Part shown: piece after piece, positions 35,467 through 44,108 of the stretch
How the letters are laid out: each line of letters starts with the position of its first letter
Position numbering within the stretch: position 1 is the first letter of the stretch
Source of the DNA: a virus
Strand: one strand, 5' to 3'
UHGV virus genome: UHGV-0106768
DNA: 44,108 bases
The notes under the pieces: model-generated
The model's database searches: none
What the model saw: the letters and a program-made list of their open reading frames with translations, nothing else
What the model was told of the DNA's origin: nothing
Program-made: the position numbers and the translations under genes

Positions 35467-38132
35467 TGGCGAGAACGGCAAAGGCAAGAGAAAGACCTGC
35501 CAACTATCCGAAACTGAAGGATTATAAACCGACACGCTTTATGCTGCCGGAATCGCACTACGATGCGGCAAAGGCTGACCGAGCTGTGCGGTTCATCGAG
35601 AATCTCTGCCATACCAAAGGACGCTGGGCAGGCAAACCGTTCTGGCTGCTTCCGTGGCAGGAACAGATCATCCGGGATATTTTCGGCATCGTCAAAGAGG
35701 ACGATATGCGGCAATTTCGTACCGCCTATGTCGAAATTCCAAAGAAAAATGGGAAGCAGCTTGCACTGGATACACCGATCCCGACTCCGCAGGGATTCAC
35801 CAATATGGGAGATCTGAAGGTCGGAGATACAGTATTCGATGAAAACGGCATTCCGTGCCATGTGGTTGCGAAAAGTCCTGTGGATGATACAGAGCAAGCC
35901 TACAAGCTGACCTTCAAGGACGGCACCTCGATCATTGCCGGGGAAAGGCATCTGTGGAACTGTCAGTATATTTACGGCAAACGCAAGGATGTTCTCTGGA
36001 CGACCGGCGAGATCTATCGCAGGACAACGGAATACAGACAGCGTTTTTCCGACAGACCACAGACAAAGCGGGATTCCCTTATCCGAATTCCGGTGTGCGG
36101 TGTCCTTCAGACAGAAGCGGCAGTTTTACCGATTGATCCGTATCTGTACGGCTACTGGCTCGGAAACGGTAATGTGACCATGCCGGAGATCACTGTTCGG
36201 ACGGAGGATGTCGAGGATATCATCTCGAATATTCCGTATAAGGTACACAACCGTTATCCGCAGAAATGCGGCGGCAGTGAGATCATAAAGTACAATGAAC
36301 TGAAAGCAGTACTACTTGACAGCTTCCGTGAAAAGAAGATCCGACCAGAATATCTGAGGGCATCCGCAGAGCAGAGATGGGCATTACTGCAAGGGCTTAT
36401 GGATTCGGACGGCTGTATCGGTGAACGCAAAGGGCAAAGTGTGTATGTCACAACGCTGCGAGAGCTGGCGCTTTCCGTCAGAGAACTGCTGTGGTCACTC
36501 GGCATCAAAAATGCAGTGAAATGTGAGCCTTCTACACGGCATGGGTGGCCGACCGGCGAGATTTTGTATATCGTCCGTTTTACAACCTTTGATGACCAAC
36601 CGACATCAAGGCTTAAACGCAAAAATACACGCACACAGGCGCGGTTAAAGGAAACTCGCTCCTGTTTTCATTATCTGCTGGATATTCAACCTGTAAATCA
36701 TCCTGTAAAAATGCAGTGCATTCAGGTGGACAGTCCGAGTCACCAATATCTCGCAGGACCGTCATTTGTGCCTACGCACAACAGTGAGCTTGCAGCGGCA
36801 ATTGCACTGTATCTGCTCTACGCCGACAACGAGCCGTCTGCTGAGGTCTACGGCGCTGCTGCTGATCGTGGGCAGGCATCCATTGTATTCGATGTCGCCA
36901 AAAGAATGGTTGAGATGACACCGGCACTTCTGAAACGCTCAAAAATCATGGCGGCGACAAAGCGTCTGGTGAATTACAGTAATGTTGGCTTTTATCAGGT
37001 GCTTTCAGCGGAAGTCGGTACAAAGCACGGATTGAATGTATCCGGTCTGGTTTTGGATGAACTTCATGCCCAACCGAACCGCAGCCTTGTGGATGTTCTC
37101 ACAAAGGGTTCCGGTGATGCCCGTACTCAGCCGCTGTACTTCCTGATCACAACCGCCGGAACGGATCGCAACAGCATCTGCTACGAGTATCACACGAAAG
37201 CAAAAGATATTCTGGACGGCAGGCGCATTGATCCGTCCTTCTATCCTGTGATCTACGGCTTGAACGATGATGACGACTGGAACGCAGAGGAGTCATGGTA
37301 TAAGGCAAATCCCTCGCTCGGATACACTATCGCCATCGACCGAGTCCGCGATGCTCACCGGGAAGCCCTTACAAATCCCGCTGAAGAAAATGTATTCCGT
37401 CAGCTGAGGCTTGACCAGTGGGTAGGCAGTGCGGTGGCATGGATTCCGGAGCATATCTACGACAGGGGCAATCTTCCGATCGACCTCGAAAAGCTCCGGG
37501 GACGGGAGTGCTACGCAGGTCTTGACCTATCCAGCACATCGGATATCACGGCATTTGTGCTGGTGTTCCCTCCGCTGCATGACGGCGAGAAATACATCGT
37601 TGTCCCGCACTTCTGGCTGCCGAGAGAAACGCTCGATTTACGAGTACGGCGAGACCATGTTCCCTACGATGTATGGGAGCGCATGGGATTATTTCATATC
37701 ACCGAGGGCAATGTGGTCGATTACAATTTCGTGCGGAAAACGATCAACGAGCTGCACACGATGTACAACATCAAGGAAATTGCTGCCGACCGCTGGAATG
37801 CCACACAGCTTATCACAGACCTTGAGGGAGACGGATTTACCGTTGTTCCGATGGGCATGGGCTTCAAGGATATGTCCCCGCCGATGAAGGAACTGTACAA
37901 GCTCATACTCGAAGGGCAGTTTATCCACGGCGGCAACCCTGTACTCCGCTGGATGGCAGGAAATGTGGTCGCTGAAATTGATGCAGCGGAGAACATCAAA
38001 CCAAGTAAAAAGAAAAGTACAGAAAAGATTGACGGTATCGTGGCATGGATCATGGCACTTGACCGCTGCATCCGCCACGAAATGCAGGGCAGTGTCTATG
38101 ACGAACCCGGCCACGATCTTGTGGTCATCTGA
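35466..38132 (+). CDS. terminase large subunit, intein-containing
   Basis: Walker A KKNGK split from SELAAAIALYLLYAD by an insertion; downstream Walker B-like LVLDELHAQ, ITTAGTD, nuclease-domain motifs. Confidence 0.85.
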   Translation: MARTAKARERPANYPKLKDYKPTRFMLPESHYDAAKADRAVRFIENLCHTKGRWAGKPFWLLPWQEQIIRDIFGIVKEDDMRQFRTAYVEIPKKNGKQLALDTPIPTPQGFTNMGDLKVGDTVFDENGIPCHVVAKSPVDDTEQAYKLTFKDGTSIIAGERHLWNCQYIYGKRKDVLWTTGEIYRRTTEYRQRFSDRPQTKRDSLIRIPVCGVLQTEAAVLPIDPYLYGYWLGNGNVTMPEITVRTEDVEDIISNIPYKVHNRYPQKCGGSEIIKYNELKAVLLDSFREKKIRPEYLRASAEQRWALLQGLMDSDGCIGERKGQSVYVTTLRELALSVRELLWSLGIKNAVKCEPSTRHGWPTGEILYIVRFTTFDDQPTSRLKRKNTRTQARLKETRSCFHYLLDIQPVNHPVKMQCIQVDSPSHQYLAGPSFVPTHNSELAAAIALYLLYADNEPSAEVYGAAADRGQASIVFDVAKRMVEMTPALLKRSKIMAATKRLVNYSNVGFYQVLSAEVGTKHGLNVSGLVLDELHAQPNRSLVDVLTKGSGDARTQPLYFLITTAGTDRNSICYEYHTKAKDILDGRRIDPSFYPVIYGLNDDDDWNAEESWYKANPSLGYTIAIDRVRDAHREALTNPAEENVFRQLRLDQWVGSAVAWIPEHIYDRGNLPIDLEKLRGRECYAGLDLSSTSDITAFVLVFPPLHDGEKYIVVPHFWLPRETLDLRVRRDHVPYDVWERMGLFHITEGNVVDYNFVRKTINELHTMYNIKEIAADRWNATQLITDLEGDGFTVVPMGMGFKDMSPPMKELYKLILEGQFIHGGNPVLRWMAGNVVAEIDAAENIKPSKKKSTEKIDGIVAWIMALDRCIRHEMQGSVYDEPGHDLVVI
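35757..36782 (+). mobile_element. class-3-like intein (342 aa) with LAGLIDADG homing-endonuclease domain inside terL
   Basis: Starts QLALDTPIPTPQGF (Gln, not Cys/Ser/Thr); block B HLW; block F Cys (MQCIQVD); ends FVPTHN followed by Ser; LAGLIDADG-like LYGYWLGNGN and LLQGLMDSDG; excision restores EIPKKNGK-SELAAAIALY. Confidence 0.7.
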
Positions 38133-38147
38133 CAGGAGGTAATGTTT

Positions 38148-39530
38148 ATGAGCTTTTTAAGCTGGCTCGGCATCAGCAAGCCGAGAGATGCGCCGATGCT
38201 GCCTGATATTCAGGACAATGTCCGTGATTCTGGAAATCTGTTCGTATTCGGCATGACGCACAGCGGTGAACGTGTCGATGAGCGCACGGCGATGCAGATC
38301 GTGACTGTTTACGCCTGTGTTCGACTGCTCTCCAATACGATTGCTGGACTGCCGCTGCACCTATACAGATACACCGGCAAGGGCGATGATAAGGAATTAG
38401 CCATTGACCATCCGCTGTACAAAATACTCTATCGGCAGCCGAATCCCGAAATGAGTTCATTCTCGTTCTGGGAAGCACTGATGTGCCACCTTTTACTATG
38501 GGGCAACGCCTATGCACAGATTGTCCGGGACGGCAAAAACGGCATCCTCGGTCTCTATCCCCTGCTTCCCGAAAATGTCGAGATCGACCGTGATCCGAAA
38601 TCCGGCGACCTGATCTACACTTACCACGCCTACACCGACGAAAAGCCCGGTGAGCATGACAAGGATATTATCTTCCGCAGGGATGAAATCTTACACATCC
38701 CCGGTCTGGGATTCAATGGACTGGTCGGTTTCTCACCGATAGCGATGATGAAAAATGCACTCGGTGCGGTCATGGCAGTAGAGCGATACGGCAGCGCCTT
38801 CTTCAAAAACGGAGCGCAGCCTGCCGGAGTTCTCGAACATCCGGGCGTGCTGAAGGATCCGCAGAAGATCCGCGACAACTGGACAAAGGCATACGGCGGC
38901 GCACGGAACGCACACCGCATCGCAGTCCTCGAAGAAGGTATGCAGTATAAGCCAATCTCCCTGCCGCCGGAGGATTCGCAGTTTCTGTCCACAAGAGAAT
39001 TCGATGTGGAGGAAATCTGCCGGATGTTTCAGGTTCCGCCGCATCTGGTACAAGACCTCAAACGCAGTACCTTCAATAACATCGAGCATCAGGGTATTGC
39101 ATTTGTGCAGTATTCTCTTATGCCGTGGATCATTCGCATCGAAAAGGGCATCATGAAAGATTTGCTGCTTGAAGAGGAACAGGATGTATATTTTCCGAAG
39201 TTCAATGTGGACGGTCTCATGCGAGGTGATTATCAGAGCCGCATGAACGCCTATGCCATAGGTGTGGGTAACGGCTTTATGTCGCCCAATGATGTGCGCC
39301 GTCTTGAAAATATGGACTTGATCCCTGACGATCAGGGCGGCAACGACTACTACCTGAACGGCTCGTATAACAAGCTGGAGGATGCAGGTGCGGCATATGC
39401 TCTGAATCAGCCGCAGGAACAGCCGGATACCGAGGAACAGGATGAGCCGGACGAGAATCCGGGCGAAGAAACCGATGACAGATTCCTGCGAAAAAAGCGC
39501 AGGAAGAAATACAAGAATGGGGGTATGTAA
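38148..39530 (+). CDS. portal protein (HK97 family)
   Basis: Conserved VYACVRLLSNTIAGLP...GNAY...FFKNGAQP pattern; AGGAGGT RBS 7 nt upstream (ORF track starts at ATG 38142). Confidence 0.8.
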   Translation: MSFLSWLGISKPRDAPMLPDIQDNVRDSGNLFVFGMTHSGERVDERTAMQIVTVYACVRLLSNTIAGLPLHLYRYTGKGDDKELAIDHPLYKILYRQPNPEMSSFSFWEALMCHLLLWGNAYAQIVRDGKNGILGLYPLLPENVEIDRDPKSGDLIYTYHAYTDEKPGEHDKDIIFRRDEILHIPGLGFNGLVGFSPIAMMKNALGAVMAVERYGSAFFKNGAQPAGVLEHPGVLKDPQKIRDNWTKAYGGARNAHRIAVLEEGMQYKPISLPPEDSQFLSTREFDVEEICRMFQVPPHLVQDLKRSTFNNIEHQGIAFVQYSLMPWIIRIEKGIMKDLLLEEEQDVYFPKFNVDGLMRGDYQSRMNAYAIGVGNGFMSPNDVRRLENMDLIPDDQGGNDYYLNGSYNKLEDAGAAYALNQPQEQPDTEEQDEPDENPGEETDDRFLRKKRRKKYKNGGM

Positions 39531-40466
39531 ATGGAAAAGTTCTGGAATTGGATCCACGATGACAGCGGCGGCAGAGTTCTTCGTCTCGAAGGTCCTATCG
39601 ACTCGGAGAGCTTCTGGGGTGATGAAATTACGCCGCAATCTTTCCGCGATGAACTGTATGCCGAGGAGGGTGACATTACACTTTGGCTGAATAGTCCAGG
39701 CGGCAATGTGTTCGCAGCAGCAGAAATTTACACGATGATACGTGATTATCCGCACAGGGTAACGATAAAAATCGCAAGCATTGCAGCATCGGCGGCGAGC
39801 GTGATTGCTATGGCAGGAAATACTGTGCAGATGTCTCCGACCGCACTCCTGTTCGTGCATGATCCGTCCACAATTGCGATGGGAAACGCCAAGGACATGG
39901 AAAAAGCCATCGCAACACTGAATGAGGTCAAAGAGAGCATCATCAACGCATATGCCGCAAAAACCGGACTCAGCAGAAACCGCATCAGCAAGCTCATGTC
40001 GGACGAGACATGGATCAATGCGAAAAAGGCGGTGGAGCTTGGCTTTGCCGATGTGATCCTCTTTGACGAAAAGAAGCCCGAACAGCCTGATCCGGAAAAG
40101 AAGGAGGAGGAAGATCCGGACGAGCCTGAGAAGCCTGATCAGGAAGGCGGTGACGATGAGGGTGATGAAAAGAAAGAGACCGAAAAGAAGCCGTTCAAGT
40201 TGGACACCGACGATGCCCTTTGGGAGTACAGTACCCGTGTCATGGGACAGACCATTCTGGGAAAGATCACCGCTTCCGCAGCAACGGAAGGCACAGAGCC
40301 GTCCGATGACGGCAAGGCAGAGGATGCACAGAAACCTTCCGAGGAAGGGCTGACCGCACCGACAGTTACAGTGCCGGATATGCCTGTGATCGGCATGGAC
40401 GGTAAAACCGCAGACGGCGCAATGCCGTATGAAATTCTGAAACAGCAGCTTGCATTTTTGAGATAA
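39531..40466 (+). CDS. prohead protease (ClpP/S14 family) with acidic C-terminal extension
   Basis: LWLNSPGGNVFAAAEIY...IASIAASAASVIAMAG pattern; Glu/Asp/Lys-rich C-terminal region may be scaffold-like. Confidence 0.8.
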   Translation: MEKFWNWIHDDSGGRVLRLEGPIDSESFWGDEITPQSFRDELYAEEGDITLWLNSPGGNVFAAAEIYTMIRDYPHRVTIKIASIAASAASVIAMAGNTVQMSPTALLFVHDPSTIAMGNAKDMEKAIATLNEVKESIINAYAAKTGLSRNRISKLMSDETWINAKKAVELGFADVILFDEKKPEQPDPEKKEEEDPDEPEKPDQEGGDDEGDEKKETEKKPFKLDTDDALWEYSTRVMGQTILGKITASAATEGTEPSDDGKAEDAQKPSEEGLTAPTVTVPDMPVIGMDGKTADGAMPYEILKQQLAFLR

Positions 40467-40522
40467 GGCTGGCTGTATTTTTATGCGACACCGGATTTTA
40501 TCCGGAGAAATGGAGAAAAGAT

Positions 40523-41749
40523 ATGAGCAAGATCATGGAACTTCGCAGTAAACGTAATACCCTGTGGGAGCAGACAAAGGCATTCCTTGAAAAGCACCGT
40601 GGTGAGAACGGTCTCGTGGAGGCATCCGCAGTTGAGCAGTACAACAAAATGGCCGGTGAGGTGCAGGCTCTCGGTGCAGAGATCGAGCGTCTGGAACAGC
40701 AGGCAGCCGTGGATGCGGCACTTTCCGCACCGACCTCCAAGCCCGTCACCAACGCTCCCGGCGCAAAGAACACGCCGCCCACTAACCCGACCGCAACGGA
40801 CGAGTACAAGTGTGCGTTCTGGGATATGATCCGCAACAAGGGCGATCAGCTTGTAGTCCGCAACGCACTCTCTGTCGGTGAGGACACCGAGGGCGGCTAC
40901 ACTGTGCCCGACGAGTTCGAGCGCCGTCTGATTCAGGCGCTTGAGGAAAACAACATCTTCCGCCAGATGGCAACGGTCATCAAGACCAATTCCGGTACCC
41001 GCAAGATCCCGATCGCCAATGACACGATGGAAGCACAGTGGATCGATGAGGGTGAGGAGATCCCGGAGACCGATACTCGTTTCGGTCAGACCACGCTCTC
41101 CGCATACAAGCTCGGCACAATGATCAAGATCAGCAACGAGCTTCTGCACGATTCCGCCTTCGACCTCGCAAGCTATATCGCTGCACGTTTCGGTGTAGCA
41201 ATGGGCAATGCCGAGGAGCGTGCTTTCTTCACCGGTGACGGCGACAAGAAGCCTCTCGGTATTCTCGCAGACACAGGTGGTGCGGAGCTTGGTGTGACAA
41301 CGGCATCGCAGACAACGGTCACTTTCGATGAGATTTTCGACCTCTATTACAGTCTACGTTCTCCCTACCGCCGCAACGCTGTGTTCGTCTGCAATGAAAC
41401 GCTCCTTCTCCAGCTCATGAAGATCAAGGACAAGAACGACAACTATATCTGGAAGCCTTCGCTCGACATTGCAAAGCCCGATACTATTCTTGGCAGACCG
41501 GTTCGCACCAGTTCCTTTATGCCGGCAATTGGCAAGGGCGAACGTGTGCTTCTCTTCGGCGACATGAAAAATTATTGGGTGGCTGACCGTCAGAACCGCA
41601 CCTTCCGCCGCCTGAATGAGCTGTATGCCCGCACCGATCAGGTGGGATTTATGACCACCCAGCGTGTGGACGGCCGTTTGATTCTGCCGGAATCTGTGAA
41701 AGTACTGAAAATGGCAGGCACTAAGGTAGCCGCAGGCGGCAATGCCTGA
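40523..41749 (+). CDS. major capsid protein (HK97 fold)
   Basis: 408 aa; N-terminal coiled-coil-like delta region; position after protease; conserved core pattern. Confidence 0.8.
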   Translation: MSKIMELRSKRNTLWEQTKAFLEKHRGENGLVEASAVEQYNKMAGEVQALGAEIERLEQQAAVDAALSAPTSKPVTNAPGAKNTPPTNPTATDEYKCAFWDMIRNKGDQLVVRNALSVGEDTEGGYTVPDEFERRLIQALEENNIFRQMATVIKTNSGTRKIPIANDTMEAQWIDEGEEIPETDTRFGQTTLSAYKLGTMIKISNELLHDSAFDLASYIAARFGVAMGNAEERAFFTGDGDKKPLGILADTGGAELGVTTASQTTVTFDEIFDLYYSLRSPYRRNAVFVCNETLLLQLMKIKDKNDNYIWKPSLDIAKPDTILGRPVRTSSFMPAIGKGERVLLFGDMKNYWVADRQNRTFRRLNELYARTDQVGFMTTQRVDGRLILPESVKVLKMAGTKVAAGGNA

Positions 41750-41762
41750 TGAGGGCAGATAA

Positions 41763-42041
41763 GTGACTCTGATCTCACTGCCTGAAACAAAAAACTATCT
41801 CCGTGTAGATCATTGCGAGGATGACAAGCTCATCCTCACTCTGATCGATACGGCACAGCGGCTCGTGATGGATGTGGGGCGCATGACCGAAAAGCAGCTC
41901 GCGGAAAATGAGGAAACCTCCCGGCAGGCTATGCTGTATACTGTTTCGTACCTCTATGGAAACCGCAATACTGCTGATTATCATGCACTGACGCTGACAC
42001 TCAGGGCTCTGCTGTTCGCACAGAGGGAGGGCATTGTCTGA
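41763..42041 (+). CDS. head-tail connector protein (gp6-like)
   Basis: Conserved N-terminal pattern (ETKNYLRVDHCEDDKLILTLIDTAQ); GTG start; position. Confidence 0.65.
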   Translation: MTLISLPETKNYLRVDHCEDDKLILTLIDTAQRLVMDVGRMTEKQLAENEETSRQAMLYTVSYLYGNRNTADYHALTLTLRALLFAQREGIV

Positions 42042-42400
42042 TGGAGATCGGTAAACTGAATCAGCGCATCGCCGTCCTTGAAAATCATGTCAAAAAAGAT
42101 GCGATCGGCAATCACAAGGCTCAGTGGGAGGAGGTGTTCTCACTCTGGGCATCTGTGACTGTATCCAATAACGGTGCTTCTGAGGAGACGGATACCGGCG
42201 TGACCAGAGCGATTCAGAAGATTGAGGTCATCATCCGGCAAACTCCGCAGACAAAAAGAATGTCCTCAACGCTTTATCGCATCCGCTTTGACGGTCTGGA
42301 CTACGACATCAAAGGCATTGTGCCGAATTACCAGACGCAGGACTATATGAAGCTGATCTGCGAATCCAGAAAGGCAGGTGCGAAGGATGACATCTATTGA
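42041..42400 (+). CDS. head closure / head-tail adaptor protein
   Basis: Position and pattern (WEEVFSLWASV...RIRFDGLDYDIKGIV). Confidence 0.6.
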   Translation: MEIGKLNQRIAVLENHVKKDAIGNHKAQWEEVFSLWASVTVSNNGASEETDTGVTRAIQKIEVIIRQTPQTKRMSSTLYRIRFDGLDYDIKGIVPNYQTQDYMKLICESRKAGAKDDIY

Positions 42401-42755
42401 CGATCTGGCATCGGAGGTCATGAAAGGGCTGACGGAATACGCAGAGCTTGCCGATACAGCCATGAAAAAGGCTGTGAAAAAGACAGCGACCGCAGTCAAG
42501 AACGAAATTTCCGCCAATGCTCCGAAAAAGTCCGGCAGATACAAAAAGAGCTGGGCTACAAAAAAGGTCAAGGAAAACAGCCACAGCCTTGAAATGACCG
42601 TTCACAGCAAGAACCGCTATCAGATCGCACATCTGCTGGAACACGGTCATGCGAAAAGGGGCGGCGGCAGAGTTGCGGCTATCCCGCATATCGCTCCTGC
42701 CGAAGCAAACGGTGCAGATATGCTCGAAACGCTCATCAAGAAGGAGTTATCGTGA
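42387..42755 (+). CDS. HK97 gp10-like tail-component protein
   Basis: APKKSGRYKKSW...LLEHGH pattern; ORF track gives GTG 42378 as alternative start. Confidence 0.6.
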   Translation: MTSIDDLASEVMKGLTEYAELADTAMKKAVKKTATAVKNEISANAPKKSGRYKKSWATKKVKENSHSLEMTVHSKNRYQIAHLLEHGHAKRGGGRVAAIPHIAPAEANGADMLETLIKKELS

Positions 42756-43069
42756 GCTACGAAGAGATCAATGAGATGATGCAGGAGATCGGGCTGCCAT
42801 TTGCGTATCATCACTTCGCAGAGGGTGAAAGCCCCGATCCGCCCTTCACATTGTTTCTGTCTCCCGGCGAGGATACCTTTTCCGCAGATAATTTCATGTA
42901 CCACAGCTTCAAAGAGCTGCACATCGAGCTTTATACGGATGAAAAATCGCCGGATACGGAACAGCGTGTGGAGGAAGTGCTGACACAGCACAACATCTAT
43001 TACACAAAATCTGAGGTATGGATAGAGTCTGAAAAGCTCTACGAAGTCCTCTATATCATGGAGGTATGA
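42752..43069 (+). CDS. putative tail completion / tail terminator protein (by position)
   Basis: 105-aa ORF between gp10-like and major tail genes; AAGGAG RBS; GTG start. Confidence 0.4.
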   Translation: MSYEEINEMMQEIGLPFAYHHFAEGESPDPPFTLFLSPGEDTFSADNFMYHSFKELHIELYTDEKSPDTEQRVEEVLTQHNIYYTKSEVWIESEKLYEVLYIMEV

Positions 43070-43073
43070 AAAA

Positions 43074-43715
43074 ATGGCACTTCAGAAAAACAAAGTCAAG
43101 TTCGGTCTGAACAAGGTCCACTATGCGAAGATCACCGCATGGAGCGATGAGGGTGTGCCCACCTTTGCAACTCCGGTGCGCCTGCCCGGTGCGGTGTCGC
43201 TTTCTATCGATGCCAACGGCGAGAACGAGAACTTTTTTGCCGATAACGGCGTGTACTACGTCATCAACAACAATGCTGGCTACGAGGGTGACCTTGAGGT
43301 GGCGCTCATCACCACCGACTTTGCAACAGCAATTCTCGGTGAACAGCTTGATGCAAAGGGTGTTCTTGTGGAGCGTAACGATGCCGAGACCTCGCAGTTT
43401 GCACTGCTCTTCGAGTTCAACGGCGACAAGAACCACATCCGTCATGTGCTGTACTGCTGCTCGGCATCCCGTCCCTCGACCGAGAGTTCCACTACGGAGG
43501 AGTCCACTGAGGTCAAGACGGAGACTCTCTCGATGAAGGCAACGGCACTTCCTGACGGTCTGGTGAAGTCCAAGACCTGTGAAAGCACCGACCAAACAGC
43601 GTATGATAACTGGTACAGCTCTGTGTATATCCCTGTGGCGGCAACCACCAACAGCACAAGGTCGGCTGCAAGCAGTTCCGGCACATCGACTGCATCTACA
43701 AGCACAACGAAGTAA
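43074..43715 (+). CDS. major tail protein
   Basis: Position after head-tail joining genes; Ser/Thr-rich C-terminus; phi13-like N-terminal pattern. Confidence 0.65.
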   Translation: MALQKNKVKFGLNKVHYAKITAWSDEGVPTFATPVRLPGAVSLSIDANGENENFFADNGVYYVINNNAGYEGDLEVALITTDFATAILGEQLDAKGVLVERNDAETSQFALLFEFNGDKNHIRHVLYCCSASRPSTESSTTEESTEVKTETLSMKATALPDGLVKSKTCESTDQTAYDNWYSSVYIPVAATTNSTRSAASSSGTSTASTSTTK

Positions 43716-43727
43716 GGAGAGAATATC

Positions 43728-44108
43728 ATGGCTATCAAGAAAAATATCACAATCGACGGCATCGAGGTTCCTTTCAAGGCGAGTGCTTCCCTGCCCCGCA
43801 TTTACCGTGCAAAATTCCGCAAGGACATCTTCAAGGATTTCGCCGCACTGAAGGACTCTGTGGACGAGAGCGATGAGCAGGATTCCGGTCTCGGCATCGA
43901 GAGCCTTGAGGTCTTCGAGAATATCGCATGGACGATGGCGAAGCACGCCGATCCGGAGAACGTTCCCGACAGCCCGGACGACTGGCTCGAACAGTTCAAC
44001 TGCTTCTCGATCTATGAGGTGCTGCCGCAGCTTTTCGAGCTGTGGGGCATGAATCTGGAGACACAGGCAGAGTCAAAAAAAAATCTCGCCCAGTTGACCG
44101 CGAGATGA
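43728..44108 (+). CDS. tail assembly chaperone (by position)
   Basis: Immediately downstream of the major tail gene; acidic small protein; ends at the window edge. Confidence 0.5.
   Translation: MAIKKNITIDGIEVPFKASASLPRIYRAKFRKDIFKDFAALKDSVDESDEQDSGLGIESLEVFENIAWTMAKHADPENVPDSPDDWLEQFNCFSIYEVLPQLFELWGMNLETQAESKKNLAQLTAR

Noticed and set aside
1-44108. Genome-wide stop-codon reassignment (for example TAG to Gln or TGA to Trp) to explain the in-frame stops
   Set aside because: All long genes (PolA, terL, primase, NrdD, C5-MTase, SNF2, portal, capsid) are uninterrupted under the standard code, and the three in-frame stops use three different codons, so a single reassigned codon does not fit.

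Overview
This window reads as the central part of a temperate-phage or prophage genome (~52% GC, likely from a Firmicutes/Clostridia-type host), with every convincing gene on the + strand. Order, left to right: a regulation module (HExxH peptidase-like plus HTH protein, sigma region-4-like protein); a replication module (DUF2800 nuclease, DUF2815 SSB-like, family A DNA polymerase carrying an intein, DUF932-like, VRR-NUC, HNH, SNF2 helicase, MazF/PemK-like protein, primase-helicase) followed by an origin-like repeat region; SAM and nucleotide metabolism (MetK, NrdD, NrdG); three DNA methyltransferases; an ~8 kb accessory array of small genes (26.9-34.9 kb); and a packaging/head/tail module (terS, terL carrying a class-3-like intein, portal, ClpP-like protease, HK97-like capsid, connectors, major tail, chaperone). 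The most unusual feature is the accessory array: nine near-identical promoters, each with exact 17-bp spacing and a conserved hairpin-containing leader, separated by recurring boundary repeats. It includes an amidoligase/GGCT pair. Three genes are interrupted by single in-frame stops (TAG, TGA, TAA) and a fourth by a 7-bp tandem duplication. All calls rest on motif recognition by eye and the supplied ORF track; no database search was run. Coordinates of hairpins, promoters and repeats are approximate to within about 2 nt.
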